DNA from: Eledone cirrhosa | Taxonomy: Eukaryota | Assembly: GCA_964016885.1 (NCBI GenBank) | Contig: OZ024741.1 | Coordinates: forward strand, 268,708,001-268,772,000 | DNA: 64,000 nt | Reading direction: 5' to 3' | Shown here: positions 26,441 through 44,357 of the stretch, in pieces | Numbering within the stretch: position 1 is the first letter of the stretch | Layout: every line of letters starts with the position of its first letter | Program-made: the position numbers and the translations under genes | Notes under the pieces: model-generated | Databases searched by the model: none | The model's input: the letters and a program-made list of their open reading frames with translations, nothing else | Told to the model about the DNA's origin: nothing

Positions 26441-26444
26441 CACC

Positions 26445-26790
26445 GCAGTAATACAGAAGACCCGACTTCCCATGGGTACAAACCGAAGCTGAAAAACATA
26501 GACAGTATGCCCCCCCCCCCCCACTCTAAAGTGACCGTGTAGATGTCATGACAAAAAAGCACCCAGTCCACACTGTCAAGTGGTCATGTAGGCGCCATGG
26601 TAAAAAGCACCCAGCACTCACTGTAAATGAGGTTGGTGTTAAGAAGGGCGTCCAGCTGTAGAAATCAAGCCAAAATCAGTTCTGTATGGGCAAGACATGG
26701 TCACCTGACCTGGCATTGCCGATAACAGGACAACCAATCTAACCGATGTTAGCATGGAAGAATGGACATAAAACTGTGATGATGATGATG
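26445..26790 (+). mobile_element. RTE 3' UTR/tail copy
   Basis: aatacagaagacccgac...ggttggtgttaagaagggcgtccagc...catggaagaatggac..gatgatgat. Confidence 0.75.
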
Positions 26791-26794
26791 ATCA

Positions 26795-28230
26795 CCATCA
26801 GCATCATTTTATGTCAGCTTTTCTATTGTTTCAGACGTTGGACAAGTCTTTTCCAGCACATTATTCCTTCACTTAGCATGATCCTTAATTATGTCCTGTG
26901 TGAGCTTTAGCTATATTTGACCAGTTCTCACAACTTCCTCCTAGGTCTTCATTGTTCTTTCTCTTCTGCAGCTTCTTTCCACTTGGATTTCTTGGCACTT
27001 CTTCAATTAATGGTCATCATCCATATGCCTTACATCTCCATACAATTCTTTTTCATTCTTTGCTTTCTTTTCTCCTGTACACTACATCTAATTCCTCTTA
27101 TTCCCAGTTTTTCTCTCAGCTTATCGATACTTTTCATTCATGCACATCAACATTGTACATTTGTCGAAGCATGCTCACTTCATTCTTTTACAGTCCTCAC
27201 ATATCCTCTACATTGACTACCAATGTGTTATTACCATGCAACATTGCACACAGCTGGTCTTTCATTTGTAGAGAGAAACCTTTTGTTGTCAACAGAGGTA
27301 ATAGCTCCCTGAACCTTTCCATCCTGTCCTTATTCTCGCTACTCTGCTCCCAGAGAAACCTTTTCCACTGTTAATTCGGTTATTGAGATAGTAGAAGCTA
27401 TCAACTACTGTTATGGATCATTCCTGGGATTGGAAAAAGTTATTATACTGATGCTCTTACGACCAACTCTCCCTGTACATCTACTATACACAAAGCCTCC
27501 CTTTTCTGTTAATCTGCCTGCTTTACCACTACATCTCTTGTGCATCCAAGATTTATGTGGTGTATATCTTGTACAGCTTCTACCTACTCCTTTTCTATAT
27601 ATCGAGCAGGGCCACTTCCCTGAAGGGATATGTTTCCTTCCCTACTTACTAAAATTTTAGTTATTCCTAAGTTTACTCTAAGCCCATTAGATTCTAATTT
27701 CTGTTTCCAATGGCAGAATTTCTTCTCCCACTTTACCATGGATTCAACTATAAGAACCAAGTCATCAGCATAGAGAAGTTTCCATGGACATTGAATTTGA
27801 AACTCCTCTGTTATGGCCTGGAGAACTATAATAAACACGAGTGCACTGAGGACTGAGCCCTGATGAACACTTACCTGCACATTGATTTGTTCACTAAACT
27901 TATTACCTAGTTTCACTTTATTGACAACTCCACTGCACATCACTTGTACTGCTTTCACAAGCTATTCTATATCTAATTTCCTTAGGGACCACGAAATCTA
28001 GATATAGAGGCTTACACTGAACTAGGAACTTTCCTTGTAGTTGTATCTCTAAGAAGAAAGTATTTGTGGTGCTCCTCCCTGGCATAAAACCAAACTGTAT
28101 CTCATCTAATTTAAGCCTTTCTCTAATTATCTGTGCTGAAACTGTCACTTTCATAACTTATCCATTAGTTTAATGTCTTTGTAGTTGCTCCTTTCCAAAG
28201 CATTACCTTATCTCTTGTTGTAGTTAATGG
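26795..28230 (-). mobile_element. Old degenerate RTE LINE (RT to 3' end)
   Basis: QFGFMPGRST, VHQGSVLS, LLYADDL and GLRVNLGITK, with many disruptions. Confidence 0.88.
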
Positions 28231-29329
28231 TTTTGTGGTTTAGTATCAAAAAGGTTAAGTAGAAATGTAACTACAGCTGCCACTGCCAGTTGATTAGGAT
28301 TTTGTAGTATGTGCTATGCTTTCGCAAAAGGGTTTCAGTGCCCATGCAGTTGCAAGCACACGCATAAACCCTCTCTCCCTTGATACAGAAGCACATCCAG
28401 GATATAACAGCTGGAAAGTGGGAAGTTTGCACTTGCACTGGGTTGATGCTTTCTTTATCAAACAAATGTTCTACACAAAAACATACAAAAAAACCTATAG
28501 CTGTAACTTGCAATCCAGTATGATTTGGTGGTATGTACCATGCTTTTGCTAAGGGTTTTTGGTATCTCTGAAGGCATGAGGCAACATAAACACCCTTTGA
28601 CACAGTGGAACATTCAGAATGTGACAGCTGGAAGGAGTGACAGTTGCATAAGTACTAGGTTGGTGCTTCCTTTATCGACCTTGACAAGATGTGAACCCAG
28701 AATGCAGAGACCCGGAATAAATAAGCATTGCTCTAATGACTCTGTGAAATCAACCACCTAAGTAGAGATGTAAGGAGCTAATTTATTGACAAAAGATACT
28801 GAAAACTCTTCTTCTCTGTAGCAAAACAACAACAGCACTGATGCTGACCACCACCACCACCTTAACAACAACTATAACTATTTCTAGTCTGTCATTCTCC
28901 CCTGATAATACTGTGTTATAGTACTGCTCTATTGATTTATAGCTGTTTCTCTGCCAGATCACATAATTTTAACTATATCTCAACTACACTGAAAACACTT
29001 CTGCTCTTTAGAAACTGTCTACAACACCTGCCCACCCATATTCACACACCTTCTACAAAATTGCATTGTCTTTTTTTTTTTGGTTTTTCAATTGAATAAT
29101 CTTTATTGGTTAAACCTTAGCTAGACTTTGCCATTTCTAATCCCTCCCCTCCACTCCACTTCTTATGTTTCAACTATCTTCTCTCCTCACTTATCTGTTA
29201 TTGTCATTACTGTGTCATCGCCTCTGTTTCTTATCGTTACATCACATTTTATCTCATTGTTGCTTTTAACTGATTGACATAACACATAATGAAGTGTAGC
29301 ACGTGAAGGAGACCATGTTGATGCATCAT

Positions 29330-29446
29330 ATCTATATATATTTATTTATCTATCTATCTAACTATCTATCTATCTATCTATCTGTCTGTCTGTCTGTCTG
29401 GCTGTCTTTATCTAATTATCTAACTGTTCATCTATCTATCTATCTA

Positions 29447-29477
<31 letters not shown>

Positions 29478-29512
29478 TTATCTAATTATCTAACTGTTCA
29501 TCTATCTATCTG

Positions 29513-29607
<95 letters not shown>

Positions 29608-29616
29608 GTCTATCTA
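29330..29616. repeat. (TATC)n/(TGTC)n microsatellite
   Basis: Direct reading. Confidence 0.95.
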
Positions 29617-31792
29617 TTGAGGAAGGGCGAGAACAAGGGGGACGATATAAATAATTTCAGGCCCATAACTCTGCTAAATACAGAGTTACAGATTTTGGCC
29701 AAGGTGCTAGCAAAGAGGTTGGCGCTTGTCGTGGGCAACCTGGTGGGAGATGCGCAGACATGTGCTATCCCGTCCAGGTCCATCCACGATAACCTCCACC
29801 TCATGCGATACATCATAGAGAGGGTTGGGAACGAACCCGGCTTTGGTGGGGCCCTGATCAACTTGGATCAATCTAAGGCATTCGATAGGGTCGACCATGG
29901 TTACCTGGATGCGGTGCTAGCGGCGGCAGGCTTCGGACCCGTTTTCAGGGGCTGGATCAATGCCATGCACAGCAGCCGCATCTGCTCTAGGGTCAAGGTG
30001 AACGGCTACCTCTCGGAGCCGTTCGAAATCGCGCGGTCCATCCGACAGGGGTGCCCTCTCTCCTCCCTTCTGTATGTAGTGACTCTAGAGCCACTGCTGC
30101 AAAAGTTGGAGTTGTTGCAGGGCATCCCGTTGGAACCGGGATTGCGGAAAGCGGTGTCAGCCTACGCCGATGACGTAACAGTAATGGTGTCGACGGCCTC
30201 GGAAATCGGGGCGATCGGCACCTTACTGGAGGAGTACGAAAGGTTTACAGGGGCTAAGGTGAACCGGGACAAGTCGATCGGTCTGCAACTCGGCACGTGG
30301 AGGGGCAGATCGATGCCCTCCGATGGCGTCGTCGGGCGCTGAACGGAGGGCCCGGTGAAATTGCTCGGGGTCTGGTTCGGACCAGACCTCCAGGTGGAGA
30401 AGAACTGGGGTGAGGTGACGAGCAGGGTGTTTGCACTGACCCAGAAGTGGGCCGAGTGCAAACTGTCCCTGAAAGGTCAGGCGGAAGTGGCGAACACTTA
30501 TATAGCGTCCGTCATCTACTACCTTGCCCAAGGGAAACGCTCGCCAAAATGGAGCAAGCACTCTTCCAATTCCTTTGGAAGAAGCGGGCTCCTATGGTGA
30601 GGAGATCCATCTGCTGTCAACACCCTTCGAAAGGAGGGCTGGGGATGCTGTGGCTGATGATACGTAAACACGCATTAAGGCTATGGCACCTTCAGGTATT
30701 CCTCTCCGGTCAACCGGTGTGGGCCCCGTTTGTGAGGCGAGCCTTTCCCAGACTCGTCTCACTCACCGAGCTGCAATCCTGGGTCAAGCAAAGACCGAGA
30801 AAACTGGGCGCCTGGCACACCGAGTGTGCCCAGGCGCTCACGGCTCTCTGGCAGGCGGACCCGGCTGTCAGTGGAGAATCCACCTCGTCATTCTATAGAG
30901 GGCTGGTGGTTAGCAGGTGCGACGACGCCCTCGGAGAAGCCCTAGGCATGGAGGAAGACGAACTGGCCAACCTGTTCGGTAGGACATTCAGCCCGGGACC
31001 CATGGATAACTTCCAGAGGTCCCTGGCCTGGCAATGCTACAGAAGGGCTCTGCCCGTTCGAGAAAGGCTCTACAGACACGGGCGCCCGGGTAGGGACCCA
31101 TCGAAAAAGGTCTGTCCCAGACGCGTGTGTGACGAGGAAACCGTTGCACACGCATTGGTACACTGCTCGGGCATTGCCGATCTGTGGGGCTATGTCGAAC
31201 AACTGCTGTCAAGGGTGGGACCGATCCGGTTGACCACCGAGTCTATTGTAACGATCAAGCCGCCTCCCCTCTTCAAAAACGAAGGAGAGGCGGTGTTTCT
31301 GTGCGTAATAGCCATGGCAAAAGAGGTTGTATGGTGGACGTGTCTGAAAGGACTGAGGTCAGACACCTTTCTCTCTGGCCAACAACTGGTCCGTTTCTTC
31401 CGATATCATTTCGGAAGAAGGATCAGGATGGAGAGAGAGGTGCTGCACCCCAGCCGTTTCTATGAAAGATGGGTGAAAGTGGCGAGAATGGCCCGTGTGA
31501 ATGGGCCTTCACTCTACATCAGACTATAGGTGAGGAAGATGAAAGACCAAGGGAGCACCCCTTCTCTGAGCTCCTGAGGAGAAGGGTTGCACACTTTTTT
31601 CGGGGGTGTGTGCGACCCCCCAAGGCGCCTCCTCTCTATTGAGGACTTTGTTATAAATTTTATTTTTTGTTATATTTTATTTTATTTTTATATATTGTTA
31701 TTGCCTCCTCCTTATTGAGGACGCCTTGTTTTGTAAACTCCCCCCATTGTACTTGTCCCACTTTTGATGCCCTGGTGGCAAATAAAAGAAAC
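29617..31792 (+). mobile_element. Tx1/L1-clade LINE ORF2 (RT plus zf-RVT-like C-terminus), 5'-truncated and disrupted
   Basis: NFRPITLLNTE, LDQSKAFDRVDH, IRQGCPLS, AYADDV, GGLGM and C..C..EET..H...HC. There is a stop at 30340 and a frameshift near 30520. The 3' aataaaagaaac runs into (TATC)n. Confidence 0.92.
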
Positions 31793-31917
31793 ATATCTAT
31801 CTGTCTATCTATCTATCTATCTGTCTATCTATCTGTCTGTCTATCTGTCTATCTATCTGTCTATCTATCTGTCTATCTATCTGTCTATCTATCTATCTAT
31901 CTATCTAACTGTCTGTG

Positions 31918-31989
<72 letters not shown>

Positions 31990-32017
31990 ACTGTCTGTGC
32001 CCATCTATCTATCTATT

Positions 32018-32640
32018 ACCGTCTTGCACGCAATTGTACACTGCCCGGGCGTAACCAACCTGTGGAACTACGCAGAACAACTGCTGTCCCGTATGGGACA
32101 AATCCAGTTGACTGCCGAGTCCATAGTAAGGATCAAACCGCCAACCTCTTTCAAAAACGAAAGACAGGCGGTTTTCTTCTGTACAGTGGCTATGGTGAAA
32201 GAGGTTATATGGTGGACGAGATTGAGAGGACCGAGGACAGATGCCTTTATCTCCGGGCAACAACTCATTCCCTTCTTTAGGTACCACTTTAGAAGGAGAA
32301 TCAGAGTGGAGAGAGAGGCACTGCACCCCAGTAAATTTACTGAAAGGTGGGTGAATGTGGCAAAAATGGCCCGAGTGATTGGGTCTTCTGTATATAAACC
32401 TGTAGGTTGAAGAAGAGAGCAAAAGGAAGAAGGGAGCACTTGCACAACACGCTCCTGAAGTTGAGGGTTGTTCTATCGACGGGGGTATTAAACAACCCAT
32501 TTGTGGAGCCTCCCCCCTATTGGGGATTTCAATTGTTTAATTTGTTTGTTTCAATATTTTTACACGATTGTATGTAAAATCCCTGCATGTCTTTGTTTTG
32601 TCCCCGTTTCTTGTGCGCCCTTGTGGCAAATAAAGAAATC
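32018..32640 (+). mobile_element. Second, related Tx1-clade 3' fragment in (TATC)n
   Basis: [32 protein letters not shown], paralogous to 31140-31530; ends aataaagaaa followed by tctatcta. Confidence 0.88.
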
Positions 32641-33139
32641 TATCTATCTATCTATCTATTGATTGATCTGTCCAAAATCTTTGAAGATGGTACCCCAGCA
32701 TGGCCGTAGTCTAATAACTGAAGCTAGTACAGCAACAAAAAACAAAAAAACAACTATACTTTTCTTTTAGAAATCATCTCATTATAAACAAGAAAGATAT
32801 TTTAGGGAAACTTTAGTGATAAATAACAGTAGCATGTTTCTATGCAAAATCACATTGAAAGAATGTACATTTGATGTTTATAGATAGACTGTTGTATTTT
32901 TATCTCAATTCTTCCCCCTTCTCTAATTCAATGTTTATTTTTTCATATTTCAAAGTTTAAATTTATAAGTCTACCTGTTTTTCTATGTCAGATTGTTGCT
33001 AGAATACATAGCAACTGTTTCCATTAACATCTCCATATGCTTCAATACACATTAACAATTACAACACTTTCATACAACTTCTACTGTTTTCTTGCTTTTT
33101 TTTCCTCTTGCCTTATCTGTAGAGAAATATCTGCTTTTG

Positions 33140-33425
33140 CTCTTTTACTGGTTTCTGTAATTGGAATGTGGCCATGCTGGGGCATCATTTTAAATGGTTT
33201 AATCAACCGGTATTTGCTTTTCAAGTTTGGTAGTTATTTCATCGATCTCTGCTGAACTGCTAAATTTTTATAGATATATTTATTTGTGCTCTTTTACTGG
33301 TTTCTGCCATACTGGATCACCACCTTAAATGATTTAGTCAATCAGTATTTGCTTTTTTTTCTTTTTAAATTTGGTACTTCTTTCATTAATCTCTGTTTAT
33401 CAAAGTGCTAATTTACAGGACATAT
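33140..33425 (-). mobile_element. Tandem SINE 3' remnants
   Basis: Two copies of ctcttttactggtttctg..ggccat.ctgg; related pieces at about 32680-32730 and 34260-34445. Confidence 0.5.
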
Positions 33426-35418
33426 ACAAACAAATATGACATGAATGCATGCATATATACATCCACATAGTTTCCATCTATCAAATTTCACCCATAAGAC
33501 ATTGGTTAGTCCGATGTTGTAGTAGAGGACACTTATCCAAGGTTCCATGCTGTGGGACGAAACCAAACTCCATATGGTTGTGAAATGAACTTCTTAACCA
33601 CACAGTTATCCCTATAACCTATAATGTAACTTCATTCATTTTATACACTTTACATTTTAAAACTGAAATATTGATGTATATTTCAGTGTAGAAAATGGTA
33701 ACATTATACCAATTATCAACTATGTTTGAAGTGTTTTATTTGAAGGCTACTACAATGGTAATTGGACAGTAAATGTTAAAATATGACAATAAGAATGATG
33801 TTGGGATGTTAGCTTACAGTTCTTTATATGTCCTCATATTTTGGGATAAAATTCCCTCATCAAAAGAATAATTAAGGAAACTTATTCAGACCTGTCATTT
33901 TTAAGCTGCCATCTTTGTTCACTCTGAATTAGTTTTCCCAATAAATCTTTTGATGAAAGGATTTTATATAATTAGAAAGTAAGTTATGTTACTAAATCTC
34001 TCTAATATCTTGATCTTCTTCTTGGTTAGATATAGTCACGGTTCTGTGGCTCTGATACTGTAGATTTGGATGGAAGATGAGAACTCCACTATTCAGGTGT
34101 GGCACCAAAAATAATTGCACGTGTGGGTGTGATCATTTCTTGATGATTTTCAAAATGATTTGAAAATTGTATTCTGTCTTTCTTTAGATATATGATAAAG
34201 AAAGGGTTAAGATGGTTGAAACAAATTCAACTTTGAGGATATGACAATATTCTTATATTCTTTTACTGATTACACTCATTGAATTGTGGCCAAGCTTGTA
34301 TGCCACCTTAAAGGGTTTAGTTGATCATCTCAATGTCAGTACTTACTTTTAAGTTTTGCAACTATTTTATTGATTTTTATTTGTGACTGAACTGTTAAAT
34401 TATGTGACATATAAAGAAATAACACTGGTTGTCAAATGGTGTCAACCTAATATACAAACCTGGATGAATACACAGTTTTTAACATCAGTACAAGGACAGG
34501 AATTTGGAGGGATTGTGGGGAACAATTGATGATAGCAACCCTAATGTTGACTGATGACATGAATCCTAGTAGTTGCTTCTTCTTTTTCTTCTTCTTCTCC
34601 TTCACCCACTTATTCCTGCTGTGGCCTAGTAGTAGGTATTAGAAATGGCCGAGATCATTGTCTGAGGTTCATTTCCTGAAGGATGAAAATCGTAGGTGAC
34701 CATAGTAAAGAGCTGGAACAGATACTGCAAGGCATTTTTTTCCTGATGCTCTAATGATTATACCACCCTAAATCCATAAACAATAATGTTTCTTTATAAA
34801 TTATTACAGTAATAACGATTGTCTCTTCTCTGACTTTAAAACTATTGTGTGCAATTACCGTTTTATATTATTATTATTATTATTCTATTATCAAAATGTT
34901 TAATATTTAAAATTGCTAACTCCTGAAGATGATTCATCAGTAGATTTGTAGAGATTGTTATTAAATCAGTCTCACCAATCTGTGCCAAACACAGCATTAT
35001 TTGATAGGTTTTGAATAGATGATTATTGTGCTCTATTTAATTATTCAACTATGAAGTTCATGATAGCTTTTATGCTAGACACTTTCTGGCATTATTCATG
35101 TTTCACAATCAATTTAGCTGACAACTTCCAAATTAAGAAGATGAATCATTCTAGTTGACACTGACAAGGCTTTCTCCATTTCCACATTCTCTCAACTCTG
35201 GTGCACCCTCCAAAATTTGGGTTACGCCTCTCACACTTGCCACACTGGCTTCTTTTTTAACCATCTACATACAGAGCATTGTCCACATGTGACCATGGCA
35301 ATTCATAGCAGACATGCATTGCTTCAATAATGAATAGGTACTTAATGAGGGCACAGCAAACTTGTTGCCTCCAACTGCACAAATTGACATATCTTCAACT
35401 CATTTTGTTTTTTTCATA

Positions 35419-35953
35419 AAACCTGGGACGATCTGATAAATTCCGACCTTACACACTTGCACTTCTCTAAGACAATGTCACTGGACCGAGATCTTTGGCG
35501 CTACGCTGTAATACAGAAGACCTGCCTTGCCTATGTACAAAGCGAGACCTACAGTCAGTAGGCACATCCTAACCAAATATACAACCCAATCCACTACCCC
35601 TACCCTATTCTCCCACTCCTACCCTCTCTCTGTAAAGTTGGTACCACAACATCCAGTCCAAATAAATGAGATAAATGAGATCGAGATCGTGTAGGTGTCA
35701 CAACAAAAAAAACAAAAATAAAACACAGTCCACGCTCTAATGTGGCCTTGTAGGTAACACAGTAAAAAGCTCCCAGTTCCACACTGTAAATGTGGTTGGT
35801 GTTAGGAAGGGCATCCAGCCATAGAAAGCCTGCCAGATAGTCCTATATGAGCGAGACACGGTCACCCGACCAACCTTGCCTCAAGTGGCCAACTCCCGTC
35901 TAACCCATGGTAGCATGGAAGATGGACGTTAAACGACGATGATGATGATGATG
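35419..35953 (+). mobile_element. 5'-truncated main RTE copy
   Basis: aaacctgggacgatctgataaattccgac...cgttaaacgacgatgatgat. Confidence 0.88.
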
Positions 35954-35954
35954 A

Positions 35955-36314
35955 AAGGTTACAGGCCCTAACGCAACCAAAATGCTTTAAAAAATTGGTT
36001 TTTCGCCTAATGCGGACCCTGGGGCAAAAAATAAGAAAATCTTTTTTGCTCAAAACACTTTAAACGACATAAGTAATGCAAATTTTGAACAAATCGTCTG
36101 GATTATTGTTCCGTTATGCCTCAAAAAAGCCTTTAAAGCCTAAAATATGCAATTTTTTGTCTAATGCGGTCCTAGGGCATTGAAAATTTGAATATTTTTT
36201 GCTCAAATCACACACGACCATAAGTATTACATGTGTAAAGTTTGAAAAAAATCGGTTGGGTAGTTCTTGAGTTTTAGGGAGACAGACAGACATTCTCTGT
36301 TTTAGATATATAGA
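35955..36314 (-). mobile_element. Non-autonomous Helitron-like 5' part
   Basis: 5' TCtatatatctaaaacagagaatgtctgtctg, identical to the terminus at 37341. Confidence 0.65.
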
Positions 36315-36317
36315 TAA

Positions 36318-37341
<1,024 letters not shown>

Positions 37342-37478
37342 TAATAGTAAAAAGTCGAAGAAAAATTATTAATTTTTACATACATATTTTGAAAGGAAAG
37401 TTCATAACTCTGTCCGTGTTTGTCCTTGTTTCTCTGTTAGTAAGCTAACAGGAGTAGCAGTTTTGATTTTTATATATA

Positions 37479-37928
37479 CTAGCAGAAAAACCACCCTTCG
37501 GGTGGTTTTCTGCTAGCGTGTGTAGTGTGTATATTGATATTATACACAAGTATATGTGATATATCAAATAAAATCGTAATTGACAATATACACAGAAATT
37601 GAACGAAGACTGTTACACTGTCTTATGTAATCAGTAATGATGCATTAAAAAAAGACGATATTATATATAAACTGCATTAGGAGAAAATTAATGACAGAAA
37701 TATATGAATGTTTATTTAAATGATCGCTAACCGGAAGTATTGACATTTGAAAATTTTAAAGAAGTGAATCTTTAAATAAGTAATAACATATATTTATTGA
37801 ACAGCCACAAAATTTAGTAGATAAATTATGTGATATTCATTCATTATTTATTCAAAGTAATCCAACTTATTTTACTAATGGGATAAAAAATTATAAACTG
37901 TACGCACTCCCACGCTCCTTACTTTATT

Positions 37929-37935
<7 letters not shown>
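37479..37935 (-). mobile_element. Helitron-like element with terminal hairpin
   Basis: ctagcagaaaaaccaccc ttc gggtggttttctgctag palindrome ending CTAG|T on the minus strand. Confidence 0.45.
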
Positions 37936-37973
<38 letters not shown>

Positions 37974-38324
37974 TATAATAAAGTAACCCATAACTCTTGG
38001 TGGAGTCTTAGACGCATGTAATGTTTCTTGGACATTTTGTACATAGCAGAGTACATCTCCATAGCTGATTTGTTATATATATATAAACCTATCTCAGTAC
38101 TGGACTGGTAGCTTTTTATTAACCTCGAATCAATGAAAGGCAAAGTTGACCTCAGAGATCCAGAACTAATGCCACAAAGCATTCTATCTGACATTTTAAT
38201 GGCTTTGCCAATTTGCTGCCATACGAGTATCTAAAAATCTCACTCTTTTTAATAAATCTCACTCTTTTAATAATTCTACAATCACCTGGATTGAACAGAA
38301 AACACTGTTGTTTTCCATTAGAAT

Positions 38325-38785
38325 TTACTAATTAAGGTAAACGCGAACCATTAATTATAGGTGAACACTAACAATTAATTATAGGTGAGCACTAACAATT
38401 AATAATAGATAGCATGTAAAAAGTAATTATACATAATCATTAACAGTTTACTGATTATAGGTAAACACTAATAACCAAATTATAGGTAAACACTAATAAC
38501 CAAATTATAGGTGAACACTAACAACTAACACAGAAAAATAATTACAGGTGAACACTAACAATTAATTATAGGTAAACACTAGCAATTAATCATAGGTGAA
38601 CCCTAACAATTAATTACAGGTAAACACTAACAATTAAACTAACAATTATAGGTAAACACTAACATTTAATTATATGTAAACACTAACATTTAATTACAGG
38701 TGAACACTAACGTTTAATTACAGATGAACACTAACGTTTAATTACAGATGAACACTAACGTTTAATTACAGGTGAACACTAACAG
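38325..38785 (+). repeat. About 24-nt minisatellite (aggtRaacACTAACaatTAATtaY), about 16 ACTAAY motifs
   Basis: Direct reading. Units are degenerate at the 5' end and more homogeneous at the 3' end. Confidence 0.9.
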
Positions 38786-38861
38786 ATTGTTATGAAATGA
38801 ATTTTTGTTACTCTTCTTTTTTCATAAAACATTTGTTGAAATATAATTTTGTTCTTTTCAG

Positions 38862-38885
38862 GTGGAAAAAACCATTGGCAAGAGG
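38862..38885 (+). other. Candidate 24-nt frame-preserving microexon of an unidentified host gene
   Basis: Acceptor ttttgttcttttcag, donor G|gtgagt, about 75-nt AG-free zone upstream, and an ACTAAC branch-like motif at 38778. Confidence 0.5.
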
Positions 38886-39009
38886 GTGAGTTAAATAAAT
38901 TTGTAGTTTCACATGACATACTGACAAATGGCTCTAGTGGATCCTTATAACGACATATTGTACAAAATATAATTTAGAGATATATCAGATGAAAGAATGG
39001 TATGGATAG

Positions 39010-39300
39010 GGTGTTCAGCTCACAATCATGAAGTAGTGAGTTTCCCAGACTGGATGGCACATTTGTAACCTTGAGAAAGTTGCTTTATTTCACTCATTTA
39101 GCAAGCAAAAAAAAAAAGAAAAGTTTTACCTGTAATTCAAAGGGCTTACATTGTCACATATAGTGATATGCTGAATCTCCCTGAAAACAATGTTATGGGT
39201 GCATGTGTCTGTAAAATGCTCAGCCGCTTACACATTAATTTCACAAGTAGGCAGTTCCATTGATTGAATCAGCTGGAGCACTCATCATCCTTTAGACAAA
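39010..39300 (+). mobile_element. Diverged SINE (family C)
   Basis: tRNA-like head ctcacaatcatgaagtagtgagtt and body gctgaatctccctgaaaac..ctcagcc.cttacacattaatttcacaag. Confidence 0.5.
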
Positions 39301-41304
39301 CTAACAAACGGACTTTGATCTATCATGTTTCTACTAATTAGTTGTTTTAATTAAATATTTCAAGTTTTGAGATGAGTAATTGTAATTAAGATATTTTTTT
39401 ACAGCAGTTATTATCTTCATCTTTAGAGCAGATGTTGTTTACATTACATATCAACAAGGTGTTTATTTTTTGAATAGCTGTATGGGCAGGCCAAAACAGA
39501 GGTTCAGTCCAGTGGAGAAGGATGGGCAGGCCAAAACAGAGGTTAGGACCAGGGGAGAAAGATGGGAAGGCCAAAACATTACACGTACACTATATATACA
39601 TGCACATGTATACTACATGATGTGTACTTCTATTTCCAAATAAATTGATGTAAGAACTCATTATGAACACTTATTCTCCACTATATATATATATAGTAAA
39701 AATGAGACCAGTAATCATCATCATTATCATTTAACGTCTGTTTTCCCTGCCAGCAAAGGTTGGACGGGGGTCGTCATCTGTGGATACAGTAGGGAGAAAT
39801 GATCTTTAACCGTTTTCATTTCCATATTTCAAATGACATGCACTGTATTTCATTTAATTAGTGAGGAATTTAGAGGTAGTTACTAAAATTATTCATTATT
39901 TTCATCATTTTCATTAGGATAGCAATAAGTTGGTTGATTGGCAGATAAAATGTTTGGTACTGTTCGTCTGAGTTCAAATACCACAGAGGTCATCTTTACC
40001 GTTCATCTCTCCGAGGTCGATAACATATAGCACCAGTCAAGTACTGGGGCCCATTTAACTGCCCTCCTCCTCTAAAGAAAATCATTGTCGGTTTTGTGCC
40101 TAAATTTGAAAACTTTAAGATAACATTTGTTATAAATGGTTCTTAGATAAAATTGAGTTGGAAGGTTTTAAAATTTAAATAGGAATCTTTTATAATGGGT
40201 CGTTTCGTGTCATAGAACCAGAGGTGGTTTTGGATGGGTTGGTATTGAAAGGGTTAAAAAGCACAGGAACACAGGGTTGGGTAGGATACGAGGGATTGAA
40301 TATACATTGTTTAAACTTTTTTGTGGAAGGTAGGTTGGTGGGTGGATGGGTAAATAGTTTGGTAGGTGGGTGGGTTGTTATAAGGTCGGCAGATTGGTGG
40401 TTACATAAGGTATGTAGGTAGGTGGCTGAGTAGGTGTGGTGGTCAGCATATATTGGAATAATCAGCGTTTTTTAAAAATTTTTTTATTGTTTACTACTTG
40501 CAATAAATACTGCAAGACAATGAAACGATGCTGTAACAGATGTGAGGTTAACATGTTTGTTGTTGTCATCACTGTCACCATTGTCACCATGAGCTGTACA
40601 AGACTATTTTTAAGGGAGTATTTCAACAGCTGGTAGCCCTTCCTTACGTCAACCATCGTCTTTTTTGGTTCCACTGATCTTCACATGCCAAACTGCTAAG
40701 CTGCTTCCCAAATGGTGTAAATGTGAAGACCAGACCTGTCGCCAGGTTTTGATAGGGGGTAGGGTGGGAAGGAGGGAGCTTCAGAACATTCTGGGGGTGG
40801 GGGCACACACTGATATGACAGGGACTTTTTGAAACTGTTTGTTTGGCTAACTTTGTTTGTTGTATTTTTATTTTATTTTTTGTTCTTTGTTTTGAGAAGA
40901 AACGTCAGTAAAGTTATGACTTCAAGTAACATACGAATCTTTCAGAGTATTTAAAAATATATATAAATTTTTATCTTCAAAATTTGAGAGTGTACATTTG
41001 TAAAGTTTTAGTGGTGGTGGTGGTGGTGGTGGTGGAGGTGGTGGGAAATGACCCCCACCCCCCCACTTCCCTGACCGGTCCACTGAAGAGACATACACGT
41101 ACTTTCCAACTACTGAATTTAACAACCAAAGCATTGGTCAGCTCAAAGCTATATATATATATATGTACACACGCACACACACAAACATACACTCTCACAC
41201 TCATACTGTAGTGCATATTTGGTATAAATGTCCAAGGGTTAGAGCACTCAGTCTATAAGGCGTGTTAAGTAACGTTAGTTACAACAGTAACATGTACAGG
41301 TACT

Positions 41305-44357
<3,053 letters not shown>

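Noticed and set aside
34915-34965. CTGAAGA/tcatcag motifs as a hammerhead
   Set aside because: Stems I-III cannot be assembled.
38325-38785. CRISPR-like periodic array
   Set aside because: The units are contiguous with no unique spacers, there are no cas genes, and the context is eukaryotic.
38862-38885. VEKTIGK resemblance to the MARK/SIK kinase glycine-loop entry
   Set aside because: The next codon is R rather than G, the frame is unknown and no other kinase exons are visible, so no gene name is assigned.
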